Assembly: GCA_977016875.1 (NCBI GenBank)
Contig: CDRNST010000010.1
Coordinates: forward strand, 1 to 64,000
Origin: Pavona decussata
Lineage: Eukaryota
DNA: 64,000 bases
Reading direction: 5' to 3'
The notes beneath the pieces were generated by a model, which was not told the DNA's origin, made no database searches, and saw nothing but the letters and a program-made list of their open reading frames with translations. Shown piece by piece: positions 37,773-50,670 of this stretch; position 1 is the stretch's first letter; each line of letters starts with the position of its first letter. Both the position numbers and the translations under genes were made by a program.

Positions 37773-38196
37773 ATGGCCACCGTGTCACTAGTCATTGAGA
37801 CCGATGGGTTTCAGCATGGTCCAGAAGCCCATACCGTAAAAAGCATCGCGCTGGCAATTTTAGCCACTAGTTCTTGTTTGGTGCGTGTATTTGATACGAG
37901 CCACCTCATCCATGGGTCGTCCGCGGCGCTCCGAATGTACCGTTACCAGAGCGAATACCATGGGTTGACAGTGGATGGTGTTGGCCTTCCACAAGAATAC
38001 GTAGTTCCACTTATTCTTGGGTTTCTACAAAAAGCCATCCTAGATGAATTGGAGCGCGGTCTTCCACTGCCGTTATCTTTCATCTTGTGGACAAGGGGGC
38101 CGATAAGCGAGACTTTTTCCAACAGTTGTTGGATTCAGAAGCACTGCCACCGCCGATACCCATCATGGTGCGCAACCTGGAAGATCTTGACTGCCC
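37773..38196 (+). pseudogene. Family B nuclease-like ORF, frameshifted and truncated, directly downstream of env
   Basis: Close paralogue of 35279 with a 1-nt deletion near 38093. Confidence 0.7.
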
Positions 38197-38925
38197 GCAA
38201 TTGAGTTAAATTTTCCCTGTTGCGTTCCTGTTAAGCTTTTGTTACAGTTTCCGGATATTTCTTGCAGAAGTAGGAAAACATCTACTGTTACAGGGAACTA
38301 CAGCAAATCAAGGAACGGAAAAATGAAGAGAAGGGTTAACAGGGCTGGGTGTGTGGTTGAAAAGCGAAAGAGGAAGGATGAAACAAGGAAGATGAAAAAA
38401 TATTGGAAGATGGCATGATGGGGGTGGACGAAGATTGTGAAAAGAGAAAGCAAGAAAAGAAGAACAGAAAGAAAGAGACCGGGAAGAAAGGACAAGATGA
38501 AGACAAGACCAGCAAGCAAAAAAACATCAATTGGAGAAGAGGAAACGGGAAATAGATGAAAAAGGAGGTTGGAGACGAAGAGAATAGAAAGAAAGAAATA
38601 AGAAGAAAGAACAAGGAAACACAAAGAAGCCTGACTTATTTCTCTCTCATTCATTTATGTGATTATCTGTTGCTTCCTCACCATGTTATTTTTTATCTAA
38701 TCGAAATGTACGTTCCTCAGCACCTGCGCTGTCGCTGGCATTCCACGGAAGGTTTAGTTGAAATACTAAACAGAACAAGTTTTGCCATTTTAGGACAAGA
38801 GTTCGCTTATATTTTTTTAAAAAACACATCATAATGCTTAACAATCCATGCTAGAACTACACATTTTTCTTCATCGTTCATGTACTGCCCCTGTTGTTTT
38901 GTTTCACTCAGAAACCACTCTGCCT

Positions 38926-39420
38926 AAGGAGGGAGAGCTTGTTAGATAAAAATTGTCAGAAGTGAAGAGGGCTAATACCTTTAACGAATCAACTACTTGT
39001 ACTATTTTTAAACAACAACTTTTACTATTTCTCAGATTATTTTTGTTAAACATTACGGTATAAGTCTACACTTTCCAATTTTTAAATTGGTCTCCCTGTT
39101 TTGTATTGACGGGACAACCCAAGTTTTATGGTGATCACTCACTAGAAAAATGTCTTAAGCTCAGCTAACAGATCAAAGACATGGATGCAAATAAGCTCCT
39201 TGTAGCCAATCACAGAAGGCTTGCATAAGAATTATTAGATTTAGTTTGAAGTGAGCAAGTAGTTGTCTAGCCAGTTTAAAATTGAGTGCTATCTACTTTT
39301 ACCCACAGTTGATTGTTAGACAGAGTAAGCTGAACTGCTGTAAGACCCTAGAGCAATAAAGTAGAGTCGCTGAAAACCACTTGCATCCTTTTGTTGAAGT
39401 GAACCTGCTAGTTCCCCTAG
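38926..39420 (+). mobile_element. PPT plus LTR-derived fragment (family also at 46391-47262, ~50740-51595, ~53190-53340)
   Basis: aaggagggagagct then TGTTAGA at 38940; same junction at 46404; shared blocks such as ttggtctccctgttttgtattga. Confidence 0.65.
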
Positions 39421-40737
39421 GTTTGTTTAACAAGGCTTGTGGACAAATCCAGACGATGTCTATTCATGGATGAGTGGCCTTGGCCGTGGATGAGGTTTTC
39501 CCGTACATGAGGGACTGCTACGCCCAACGCACTCCATACCGCGAGTACTTCAAGTTGAACCTCTAAATACACAGATTCGTCAATTGGAACACAGTATTGG
39601 CCAGTTGGAACCACAACGAACTGAGGGAGCTTAAGCTGTCTTTCCCATTGCCTTGCAGTTTTGCAAGTTTTCTTTTGCAGTTTCCTTAGACAACCAGACA
39701 AAACAACCGTGCAAGGACAAGCCAGAACCAGTTAGGACACTACAGCCAAAAGGACAAGCGTCAACTGTAAGAACATTCAAATGATTTATGAACTTTGTTT
39801 GATTTGCATCATGTTCTTGTGGCACTTCCATTCATTATGTATGGTGTCTTACTAGTTAGTTTAATTATCTATTTAACGTTTACTTCACCTGTTACTATTT
39901 AAACTGTATGATTGTACACATAGAATAATCTCAGTGCATGCCTGAACCTGTTTCTTCTGAGAAAATTTTTACTCGCTCTCAAACCCGTCAGAAGATTGCA
40001 TCAGTTCCATAGAAAAGTCACTGAGAAGCTACTGGATCTTTTTGTTGAGTGAGCATCGCTAATTCCCCAAAAGTTTGTTAAACAAGACTGGTGGACGAAT
40101 TGGGTCGATTTCCGCACGTAGATGAGGCTTTCCCGTGCCTAACGGACCACTTCACATACCCTGTTCCATCATGCGAGTACTCCAAATTTGCTCTCTCAAT
40201 GGACAGATTCATCACTTGAAATAGCGTATTGGCCGATTACAACCGCGGTCAACTGCTGAAGATTAAGCTTTCCTTTCCTTCGCCCTTCTACGTTCTTTTG
40301 CAGTTTCCTTAGAACATTGTTCTTGGCCTATCCAACTCTGCTAGGACAAGAGCACTGCGCCAGGACCAGCCAAAAAAAAAAGCGAAGCCTAGCAAGAACC
40401 AAGGAATACAACAAACAGGACAAGTGTCAAATGTAAGAACATTTAAATGCTTTATGAACTTTGTTTGATTCCAATCATGTTCTTGGGACACTTCAATTCT
40501 TTTTGTAGGATGTCTTACTAGCTAGTTTAGTTGTCTATTTAATACATTCTTCCCATGTTATTATTTAACCGGTATGATTATACACGTAGAATAATATTAG
40601 TGCATGCTTTCACCTGGTTCTTTTTAACGATTGTTACAAGATCTCAAACCTGTCAAAAGATTGCATCAGTTCAGCTGACCTACACCGCTACTTGTACATG
40701 CTCACACAGCGAATCGGTCCATACACAAACTGACAGT

Positions 40738-41215
40738 ATGAATAAAGAACAACAAGCTTTCCAAGCCATGTTCACTGAAATGTACAATAACTTACGAGAA
40801 GAGATGGCTAAGGAATAACATACTCAGCGAGCACACTTATCTCACATTGAAACACACGTAGACAAGAAACCTAGCTCAAGTGGCATTAAGCTGGACGTTT
40901 TTGATGGAGATCCTGCTGTTGATGCTATAACTTCACTCGATTCTTTTACACGCATTGCTAATGTATCAATAATTGGTGCAAGGATAATCAGCTGAATGCT
41001 TTTCCACTATATTTATCAGGAGTAGTACATGCATGGTTTCTTTCTTTATCTGAGGAATTCAAGTCTTAAGGTCAGCTTAAGGCCGCTTTTCAGGAGCGTT
41101 TTGCATCAGGGCCACAAGATATGATTTTAAGTCAACAATTAAGTACTCAAAAGCAGGCAAAAGGTGAGTGCATAGATGACTCTATAGCAGATATCACGTG
41201 TTTATGCAAATGACT
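40738..41215 (+). pseudogene. gag: gag N-terminal fragment from another Gypsy family
   Basis: IKLDVFDGD...FPLYLSGVVHAWFLSL...LKAAFQERF...LSTQKQAKGECIDD. Confidence 0.8.
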
Positions 41216-43340
41216 TTAAGTCAATTGTATTTGCTTAGCCCAGTCAAAATGTTTTTGAGTAGTAGGCAAGATGGCCAAAGTAGTAGGCAGCTGAGGCCGA
41301 ATGCCTGTGTGACAAGGGCCGGAGGCCCTTGCTTACTAGAGGAGTCCGGGGGCATGCTCCGTTCAAGACGCCAGCCCCAGTAACCAGACCAAGGGAACAT
41401 TCCACACAAGTTATGAACAGTGTATCTATCAGTTGTGTTCGTTTCATAAAATTTTGTTATTGTAAATTCGTACACTTTCATTCTTTCCGGTGCATGCACG
41501 TGTCAGGTATTTTTTTTTTTTGCACTTCCTATATACTACTTTACTTACTTTATTGAAACTGATGTAAAGTATATATTCACTGCGATGATCACTTCTCAGT
41601 TTTATTGAAACTAGACAAAATACATCATCGTATTGGGAGAAGATTGGACTGGAAAATTAGTGTACAAAATCAAAGTTGGAACAAAGGAGAAGATTGCAAA
41701 GTACGAGGGAATGCGGTTATGGCTAAGCGAAATGGGTGAAGGGCAAATGATAAGGGTGTTACTATGGGCCACGTGGAAACATTATAAAACAGACTTAAGT
41801 CAATAAACAAAGAGCAGAACAAGAGGGGCACAGAAAGGAGAAAGCAGAACAAAGTGGTGAGCGATTTGCTGAAAGAATTAGAAAGAGTGGTGGAAACAAC
41901 GGCGAGCACCAGTCAAACTACCAAGCATATCCTGGAAATGGAACATATTGTGTGGGAAAGGCAACTGCCAATGAACGACAAAGACAGATTATTGCTGGAG
42001 GAAATTGATCACCTCAATGAGTTGGAACAGCCACTTACAGACATTATGGAATAAAATACTCCTGGATACAGATTCGCTGTTCATGCACCAAGAGAATGGA
42101 ACTTAATATTATAATTAATATTATTATTATTATTCGGAAGTCTAACATGATCTCAAGCTTTAAAAGAGCACTTAAGACGTACTTGTTTTCTAAAGTCAGT
42201 AATAACAGATGATTGTTTCTATAGATTTGTATATATAAGTGACAATTTTAATTTAGTTCGCTACCTACAAAGACTCCTGTTTCACTCTAAATGGTATTTC
42301 ATTTAATTCCATCGACACACGAATAACACAATGTAAAATTAATTAATGTATATGCACATATGAACCCTTGTTGTACAATGTTCATTTGAATTACAAGTTA
42401 AGTCAGAATAAAGCTCTGTTGGAACAATTTCTTGTTCCTGTTGTTGAAATTCTGTCCAGTTCGTGGTTAGATCCTGGTACAACCTTGAGAAACCACAATC
42501 TCTCCCTGCGTGCGAGTGCTCCCAATTGAGTTAAATTTTCCCTGTTGTGTAGCTTTTGTTACAGTTTCCAGATATTTCTTGCAGAAGTAGGAAAACATCT
42601 ACTGTTACAGGGAACAACAGCGAATCAAGGAACGAAAAAATGAAGAGAAGGGTTAAAAGGGCTGGGTGTGTGGTTGAAAGGAGAAAGAGGAAGGATAACA
42701 AGGAAGATGAAATAATATTGAAGATCGCATGATAGGGGTGGACGAAGATTGTGAAAAGAGAAAGCAAGAAATAAAGAACAGAAAGAAAGAGACCGGGAAG
42801 AAAGGCGAGATGAAGACAAGACCAGCAAGCAAAAAAACATCAATTGGAGAAAAGGAAACGAGAAATAGATGAAAAAGGAGGTCGGAGACGAAGAGAATAG
42901 AAAGAAAGAAAGAAGAAGAAAGAACAAGGAAAGACAAAGAAGCCTGACTTATTTCTCTCTCATTCATTTATGTGATTATCTGTTGCTTCCTCACCATGTT
43001 ATTTTTTATCTAATTGAAATGTATGTTCCTCAGCACCTGCGCTGTCGCTGGCATTCCACGGAAGGTTTAGTTTAAATACTAAACAGAACAAGTTTTGCCA
43101 TTTTAGGACAAGAGTTCGCTTTTTTAAAAAAAAAAAAACATCATACTAGTCCTACACATCATTTACGTATTTCCCCTGTTGTTTTGGTTCACTCAGCAAC
43201 AACTTGATGCGGCAAACTGCTACTCATGGCATAATGAGGATGGCTTATCTACTTGATGCAGCGAACCGCTGCTCGTGACTACATAGGCCACCCTTATTCT
43301 GTGAACGTCTCTTGTCTTCCTTTGTCTTTCCCTTCTACAG

Positions 43341-43700
43341 AGTAGTCTAGGTATCCTGCCCAGAGCGCGGAGGAAACCTCGTACGGATTGCTCTGTGGAG
43401 CACCTTAAATTTTATTTAATTACAAAATGTTTCATTTGTTTAGATACGCCTAATTTTTATTCTTCAAAACCCCTACTTGCTGGGGTAAAATATCCACAAA
43501 GATCGCCTCTTGGGCTGTCTTCGTTTTGCAAATCAGGCGGTGCAGGATACTTTCCATATTCCAGGGTCGTCCTGACTCCGTATCACATCTCAGATGTTAA
43601 TATTCCTTTAGGACCAAACCTGTTTTGTTTTTAGTGGGATGTGTGTCCACCACCACCACCACCACCACCGGCTCCCTACAAGTGGTTCGAATATTATTCT
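43341..43700 (+). pseudogene. Degenerate copy of the RING accessory ORF
   Basis: KCFICLDTPNF...; acceptor ccttctacag ending at 43340; homologous to 45756-46190. Confidence 0.65.
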
Positions 43701-44789
43701 GTAGTCTTGATCTTCTGATCCTGAACTGTAAGCACCTTGACCATCTTGGAGAAATAAACAAGTTTGACTAAACCTTTGGACTCTTAAAATCTGTCCTGAA
43801 ACAGATTTCTGGTGGACAGAACCGGGTAACGACACGAGTACCTTTCATCGCAGAAACACGGAAACCAGGGAAATCATGAGTACAAATATCATGGTGTTTT
43901 AAGGAAGTCAAGCCACCCCAAATGCCGATCGTACAAAGTCTAGAATTATATTTTGAATTTAGGTAGCGCTAACCATTAGGCAAGACGCTTCTTAAAAGTA
44001 ACTGGCGCAAGCACCAAGGATTATAACCATAAGGGACAAGCATGAATTCATTATGAAATAGCTGTGTAATACTACCACGGCAACTCTCCATTTCGGTGAA
44101 GTAAATTCGGGTTGTTACCCTTTTTTTTCACTTCCACAATTTGGGTGGCTAGAACCCTCTCATACATGTTTGGTTCGTTTGATTTTTCTTAATTAGCCAT
44201 AAGTTTGTTATTCATATCATCTCATTTTTATCTTCCAATAGTTTTGTCATTATCATGATTTATACTTGTATTGCTTGTTTTATTTTAAGCCCACAATATG
44301 GCTATACGTGGTGCTACGATTTTGGCACCAAAGAACAAAAGAACAACCTATATCAATATATATTGCTATATCATTACAGCTCGCTTTTCTTGTTTATTTT
44401 ATTTTATTTTAATTGCTCGACCCAGGAGAGTTTCGAGCTAATGTTGGAGTAACGTAAGGAGGAAAATTATCAATCAGTTAATGTGTAATGTTTGCTTTTT
44501 TGATACATATATGAGTCCCTTGTAAGCCAGTTTCCCCCAAGTTTGAGAAAGCTGCTGTAGGAATTACAGTAACTGTTCCAGACAGCCTAAAAAACTGAGA
44601 TCAACCAGTGTTCTTCCCTACTGTGGGGAAAAAGTTTTGTTTAAGTTCAGTTGCATTTCGATTGCTTGTAGCTATGATCAACTAATACTTTCTCTTATCA
44701 TGCATTTGGTATGAAACAGCTGTGTTATACTACCACGGCCACTCTCCTTTTTGGTGAAGTATGCTTGGATTGTTACTCCTTTTAACTAG

Positions 44790-45359
44790 GTGCCTGCTCC
44801 TGACTGCGCTAACCTGCACCCGCTGTTACACCTGGATGGACGTTTGTACCTCTCCACTACTAGCCAGTCAATACAGTTGTCATCGGGTTTTTTGGTCACC
44901 GCCCCACTTGCTGTGTACCGTATTCCATGCAACAACACATTTACTGGAATGACGTCAGGACTTGGTGCCTGTCCAGCACGCATTACTGTGACAATACCAA
45001 TGGCCTCGCCATACCTACTCCAGTTTACCCCATGGGCTCCAGTTTTGGCCAACGATTCACTGGTTTTCCACCACGCAACTTTGGATTTTCCTCCCCCAGC
45101 ACATTTAAACAAATCAGTTCTCCGCGACCTGGATACCACTTTTAGTATGCTCAATGGTCAACTCTCTGATGCCATCCATACGACCAACCAGGAAATTGAT
45201 CACATCCGAGACTCGTCCTTTCCAACGATCGCTGTTTCAATTGCCTATACAGCTCTGGGTTTGGGTATTGCTAACTTGTTCATCTACTTTCTTTCCTTCT
45301 ATTGTACGTACAAAAGGAATGGATCCAACCGCTGTACCAGCTGTAACAGGCCTAGATAA
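44790..45359 (+). pseudogene. env: env C-terminal third, open to the natural stop
   Basis: DCANLHPLLHLDGRLYLST...IPCNNTF..GLGACP...TM IAVSIAYTALGLGIANLFIYFLSFYC. Confidence 0.85.
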
Positions 45360-45755
45360 GACACTGTGGATCTGCCTACAGGGGACGAAGTTTTTCCTCA
45401 AGACGTCTGATACCGCATGAAAATTGGCCTCACTTTCGTCCTATTACTAAGACAAACTTAGTTCGCACGCTAAATGAAACAAGTTATGCCATTACAGGAC
45501 AGAAGTTCGCTCATACTTATTTAAATAACTTATCGTAATTCTAAATAATCCATACTAGTTGTACACATTTTCCTTTCTCGTTTACGTATTTCCCCTGTTG
45601 TTTTGGTTCACTCACTCTGATGTGGCGAACCGCTGCTCGTGGCATAATGCGGATGGCTTATCCACTTGATGCGAACTGCTCGTGACTACATAGGTCACCC
45701 TTATTCTGTTGAGTGAACATCTCTTATTTTCCTTTGTTTTTCTTTTCTCCTCCAG

Positions 45756-46190
45756 ACTAGTCTAGATATGCTGCCCAAAGCGTTGAGGAAACCTCGTCCG
45801 GATCGCTCATCGGAGTGCCTTGAAATTTATTCAACAAAATGTTTTATTTGTTTAGATACACCTAATATCCATTCTTCGCGGCCCCTTCCTTGTTGTGGGC
45901 AGAATATCCACGAATACTGCCTGTTGGGCTGTCTTCGTTTCGCAAATCAGGCGGTGCAGGATACTTGTCCTCATTGCAGGGCCATCCTGACTCCATATCA
46001 CATCTAAGATGTGAATATTCCTTTGGGACCCAACCTGTTTTGCTTTTGGTGGGTTACGTATCCACCACCGGACCCCAACGAGTGGTTCGAGTATTATGGT
46101 GTCCCTCTCAAGGATGATGACCCTTTACCTCGCTATGTCTTTCCCCAACCACCGCCTGGTTGGCACGATTTTATGCGACATCAGTATTAA
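45756..46190 (+). pseudogene. RING-finger accessory ORF between env and PPT (one in-frame TAA at 46005)
   Basis: CFIC-x13-CC-x4-H-x2-C-x15-CPHC; strong acceptor ttttctcctccag ending at 45755; the paralogue has TCA where this copy has TAA; frame continues to 46190. Confidence 0.7.
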
Positions 46191-46390
46191 GCTACCCAAA
46201 CTAATTATACTCACAAACCCAAAACAAAAACACACAAAAAAACCACAACAAACACAAAAACCAAACAAAAAAAAAGGGTTATGTCTCGGTGATGGGTTGT
46301 TCCACTTCGTGTTTATAATGCTTTTGGCTCTCAATTTTTATCTTAATAATTGCTTTTATTCTCTTAAAGAGCTGAGGACAGCTCTGTCTA

Positions 46391-47262
46391 AGGAGGGAGA
46401 ACTTGTTAGATGATAAAAATTGACAATGATGAAAAATGATTGTAAAAATATTTTCAATTAAGTTTCCTACAAAAGATAACACCTTGTTTACCTTACTTTT
46501 TACAAGTTTTTCCTCAACTTGACCTTTCGACGGTTTATTCCAGGAAATTGTTATTGCTCTTATTTTTAGTCAATTTTGGTAGATTTTCTTGGGTTCTTTT
46601 ACCGAATTCATGGTAGTTGATGTTCATTTTAAAGATGAAGATATCTAAATAACAATATCTGTAACTTTAGGGTGTTTTTGAAAGTAAATACTATGGTCTT
46701 AGGGTGATTGTGAAGATAAATATCCATTGTTGTTATTCTGCTATCAGCCACGTACTGAATATATAATGCGAGCTTTAGATTTTGTTGACCACGTACCCAT
46801 TTAATTTATGGAAACTTTTAACCAATCACTTTCGATGAAGAAGCCTAGACTTCTTGTACAATTTTTAAACAACAACTTTTACAGTTTTTCAGATTATCTT
46901 TGTGAAACCTTACTGTATAAGTCTGAACTTTGTAATTTTTATATTGGTCTCCCTGTTTTGTATTGATTGGACAACCCAAGTTTCGTGGTGATATTTCTCT
47001 AGAAAGATGTCTTTGACTTGGCTAATAGATCGAAGGCACGGATGCAAATAAGTTCCTTGCAGCCAATCACAGAAGGCTTGCGTAAGATTTAGTTTTTGTT
47101 AAGCAGATGGTTGTCGAGTCAGTATAAAAATGGGTGCCATCTAGTTTTAGTAGAGAGTTGATTGTTGAGCAGAGTACTAGTGAACTTGTGTCAGAGTAAT
47201 AAAGAAGAGCAACTGAAGAAGCAGTTGGTTCCTTGTTGTCGGGTGGACTCGCTAATCTCCCC
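46391..47262 (+). mobile_element. PPT plus LTR-derived segment
   Basis: aggagggagaact then TGTTAGA at 46404. Confidence 0.65.
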
Positions 47263-47269
47263 AAAAGCT

Positions 47270-47446
47270 CATCCAACACTGGTCATCCATGACCTTTTTA
47301 TCACAATTCACAAAGACTGTGCCAAGTATTTATATTCTCAGTATTGTTCCTGTGTGCCAAAGGTAGTAACCAACGCACACAACCTCTACCTGACACTATT
47401 TTATGGCATTGGTTTCTTTTGGGGAGAGCTCTGGTTTGTAGTTTAA
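47270..47446 (+). pseudogene. ORF-X C-terminal fragment with PPT
   Basis: HDLFITIHKDCAKYLYSQYCSCVPKVVTNAHNLYLTLFYGIGFFWGE matches HNLFIEENEDFARYFYRQFCARSPKTVAAAHRAYPNLFHSTGFFWGG. Confidence 0.75.
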
Positions 47447-47934
47447 TTCATACTTATCATAGACACTAGTTTTACCTTTTTGTAAATGCTAATTTTAATT
47501 TTTAAGGGTTTTTTCTATGTAGTATATGTAGTGTTTTTAAATATTTAGTAGTGTAGTGTTTTAAAATATCTTTTATCAGTCAATTGTGAATTAGTTTTAT
47601 ATTCATGGCAGTAAATAGTGTTTTTATTAATAATTGTTTTTAATGCATGATTCAAAAGGCTAAAGCGATTTCAGAAAGGCAAATCTGAATGTTTAGTCAA
47701 ATGGGTGGGATATCCTGACTCCACAAACACCTGGGAGCCAGAGACACATTTATTTAATCATTGACTCCCTCAAGGTTTTAATACTCCCACTTGTTCTCGC
47801 CCAAAAAAATTTCCACCTGAGGACCACAATCAGTGACCCGACCCTTCGTACTTGCGGTCACATTGTTTGTTACTTTCCAAGCATTAGTCTCCTTTGATCC
47901 TAATAATTTTGATCCTATTGGTGAGGTTGTCACG

Positions 47935-48720
47935 GGCCCTTGCATTTTTTCACAGATACAAAATTGGTCCACCTGGCTGTAAAGTTAAAACCAGTTCCAC
48001 TAGATCCAACTCCTCAACTTTAAGTCACATGCTCAGGTGCTGACAATGCCTTCTTGATGAAATTACTTGATTTAGTGTCGACAGTCCAGCACTCCATCCA
48101 TTGGTTACTCTCTTTTCCCTGTTTTTCAAAATTTATAGAATGTGATTCATATTTGCGTCGGTTTTATCAGCATTTGCCTCACAACATCTCACATGTTTTG
48201 CCCACAAATTTATAAATCATCTTTGTCAGAGTGTAAACAATGGCCACTGCAAAATTATCATGGTTTCTTTTCAAATGAAAAGGTTTGGCTCCAACCCCAG
48301 TCAAGCATGTGTCATTCCAGCTGGCTATATTACACAAAATTGACACATCCATGAGTCACTCTTGTGACTCTAACACTGTTAGTAACCTCCACTTCACCCT
48401 CTGTCAAATCCCCAACAATAATTTAGCATACATGAAACAATACCCAGGGTTTAATTTAAAGCAAATTCCTTAAGTAAGTGTTTCACCAAGACAACAATTT
48501 GTTATGCCCCCAAAATATTTTGTACACAATAAAAAATATTGCACGGTCTGGGTTCCCATTGAATGCTACAACACAATTGTCCTTCCTACGCCACCACCAC
48601 AAAGCACATGACAGTTCTGACTACATTCACTCTCACACTTGGGTGGCAGCTATTACTTGGTAACCACAACAGGAATATTGCAACTGAATACGGGTCAAAT
48701 GCAACTGTCACATGCCCAGA
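47935..48720 (+). pseudogene. env: env fragments (N-terminal and central)
   Basis: PCIFFTDTKLVHL, FIECDSYLRRFYQH, CPQIYKSSLSECKQW, CFHQDNNLLCPQNIL, LGGSYYL. Confidence 0.8.
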
Positions 48721-49039
48721 GAAAATGGATGTGTCCATTCCATAGTTCAAAGATGAGTCTATATGCTGCGTTCTGTGGAGACTGGTGGACGACAATAGTG
48801 CTTGTACCTTGGCATACACTTTAAGATGTTTTTATAGTTAAGTTAATTCATGTTTTTTCTGTGTGAATGTTTAGGCGTTCGAAATAATCAAGTGTGATGT
48901 TGCACCTTTTAAAGTTGTACTTGTTTCAGTACTTATTAGTGTTGTGGAGTGATGAATAATGTTAAGTTAACAAACATGAACGGCACTTCAAATTCATGAT
49001 TTACAAGTAGTTACAACCCAAGCGCTTAACAAATGCAAG

Positions 49040-49528
49040 ACACCACGTGAAAGCCAAGGATTGCTCCAACCTGCATCCGTTGGTTCATCATGGTGGCCTC
49101 TCGTCCTCGTTACGACCATTACTCTCTTGCCATTGTCCTCTGGGTCAATCACTACCTCACCGCTTCTTGTGTATCATGTCCCTTGTAATGCTTCTTTCAC
49201 TAATAATAAATATGGTAACTGGCATTGATAAATGCCCAGCACACTTAGCAGTGTCCATTCCTCTTTCCACTGCCTAGTCAATCCAATTTGTACCATTGCA
49301 AACTGCTGTTTTCAACTCAACCCAAGTAAATTTCACTCATCAAATATTCGATTCGTTGAACCATATGGTCCTAGCCGACCTTGATCCAACCTTAGACACA
49401 CTGGGATGGTCAACTTACTGATAACCTTGTTCATGTTAATGACCGGATCAATACCATTTCAACTGAAACCACAATGGGGCTGGCTGATTATATGGCAGGC
49501 ATTGCCCTGGCCCTTAGCATCCTTAGTT
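49040..49528 (+). pseudogene. env: env C-terminal fragment
   Basis: HHVKAKDCSNLHPLVHHGG, HVPCNASF, TGIDKCPAHLAVSIP, YMAGIALALSIL. Confidence 0.75.
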
Positions 49529-49529
49529 G

Positions 49530-49760
49530 ATTTGACTTAACCTTACTTGTGCTTACTTGTATGTTGTAATTACTCTTGATACATTTATTGTAATTATAAT
49601 AGTATTATAATATTGTTGTGCTTATATTCTTAATTACTTAATTTAGATTTGTAATTGTAATATTGTATTGAGCTGAAAAACCCACTAAGGGAGCATCAAT
49701 AAAGTTTGTATGTTGTATGTATGTATGTATGTATGTATGTATGTATGTATGTATGTATGT
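49530..49760 (+). mobile_element. LINE 3' tail ending in a (TATG)n microsatellite
   Basis: AT-rich 3' UTR, aataaa, then ~11 TATG units. Confidence 0.55.
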
Positions 49761-49775
49761 TTTACAACAGACAAA

Positions 49776-50078
49776 ATGGCGTACTCCTTTCCCAGAATCA
49801 AAACACCTCATGTTGTACTACCAGCTGATGCCGAAGAGTTGCCACCGGAGGAGCACTGCCTCCCGCTGACCAGTCACCAACAGGCCATGAGTGTTAGCAT
49901 TTTCTCGCAGACACCAGTCAACTACCTAAGTAAACAAAGTGGTTATTTGGAGGCATGCCTGAGGTTAGACCACCGGTGCCAATTTTGCAGGAAAACACAT
50001 ACTACTCCCAAGACTTGCTTTGATCCTGAGGACCGCAACACGTTGCATTTTCTTCACTTACACGAGGTTTTTGAATGA
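49776..50078 (+). pseudogene. ORF-X N-terminal fragment
   Basis: YLSKQSGYLEACLRLDHRCQFCRKTHTTPKTCFDP. Confidence 0.6.
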
Positions 50079-50149
50079 GGAAGTCAGTCATCAATCAGAG
50101 CCTGCAGCTTACTGCCGAAGTAAAAAGAATTAACCAAATATACACACTG

Positions 50150-50670
50150 CCTGAACTTTCCCTTCTGTGAAGTTGTACCGCACACTTGTACCATCAATCC
50201 CTTAACGTAGCAAAGTCACTGCAACTTGATAACACCACCCTCAAGCAGTTAGATGAAACCAACTCCTGGACAACAGTTTGTCACAGGAAAACTGTGTTTA
50301 TCTCAATAAAAGCTCCTGAGTTCTGCCTACAAGGGAATGAGTCAAGATCTGCAATAAACGCTATATTCCTGTGAAGAAGATCTGGTCCACTTGATGTAAA
50401 AAAGATCCCGGTAGGTAACAGGGCACCTCTCGCTTAGCCACAGAAACAAAATGCTTCAAAAGCTCCTGTTACATTGTCACAGGAACTGAATACTGTTCGT
50501 GAGGACATTGAGAACATTCAAGACACCTGTACATCCTCTCTCAACGACATCTGCACAATTATTACATTGCACTAGTATTTACAGTGCTCAATATGCTTAC
50601 ACTGTTGTTTCTGCTCTGCAAGTTCTGTCGCACTTTTCTGGTTTGCCCTCCATTCCACAGTTGTTCTTAA
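50150..50670 (+). pseudogene. env: env C-terminal relic
   Basis: LQLDNTTLKQLDET, LSQELNTVREDIENI...SSLNDI, IALVFTVLNMLTLLFLLC across frameshifts. Confidence 0.6.

Larger units (their letters stand above)
34980..46095 (+). repeat. Patchwork of diverged direct duplications
   Basis: ~34980-35700 = ~37478-38195; ~35790-37232 = ~41356-42832; ~38196-38835 = ~42520-43145; ~43070-43695 = ~45470-46095. Confidence 0.85.

Noticed and set aside
36855-43075. Phe/Leu/Ser-rich minus-strand ORFs and Lys/Glu/Arg-rich plus-strand ORFs
   Set aside because: Products of purine-rich low-complexity DNA; frames are not conserved between the duplicated copies
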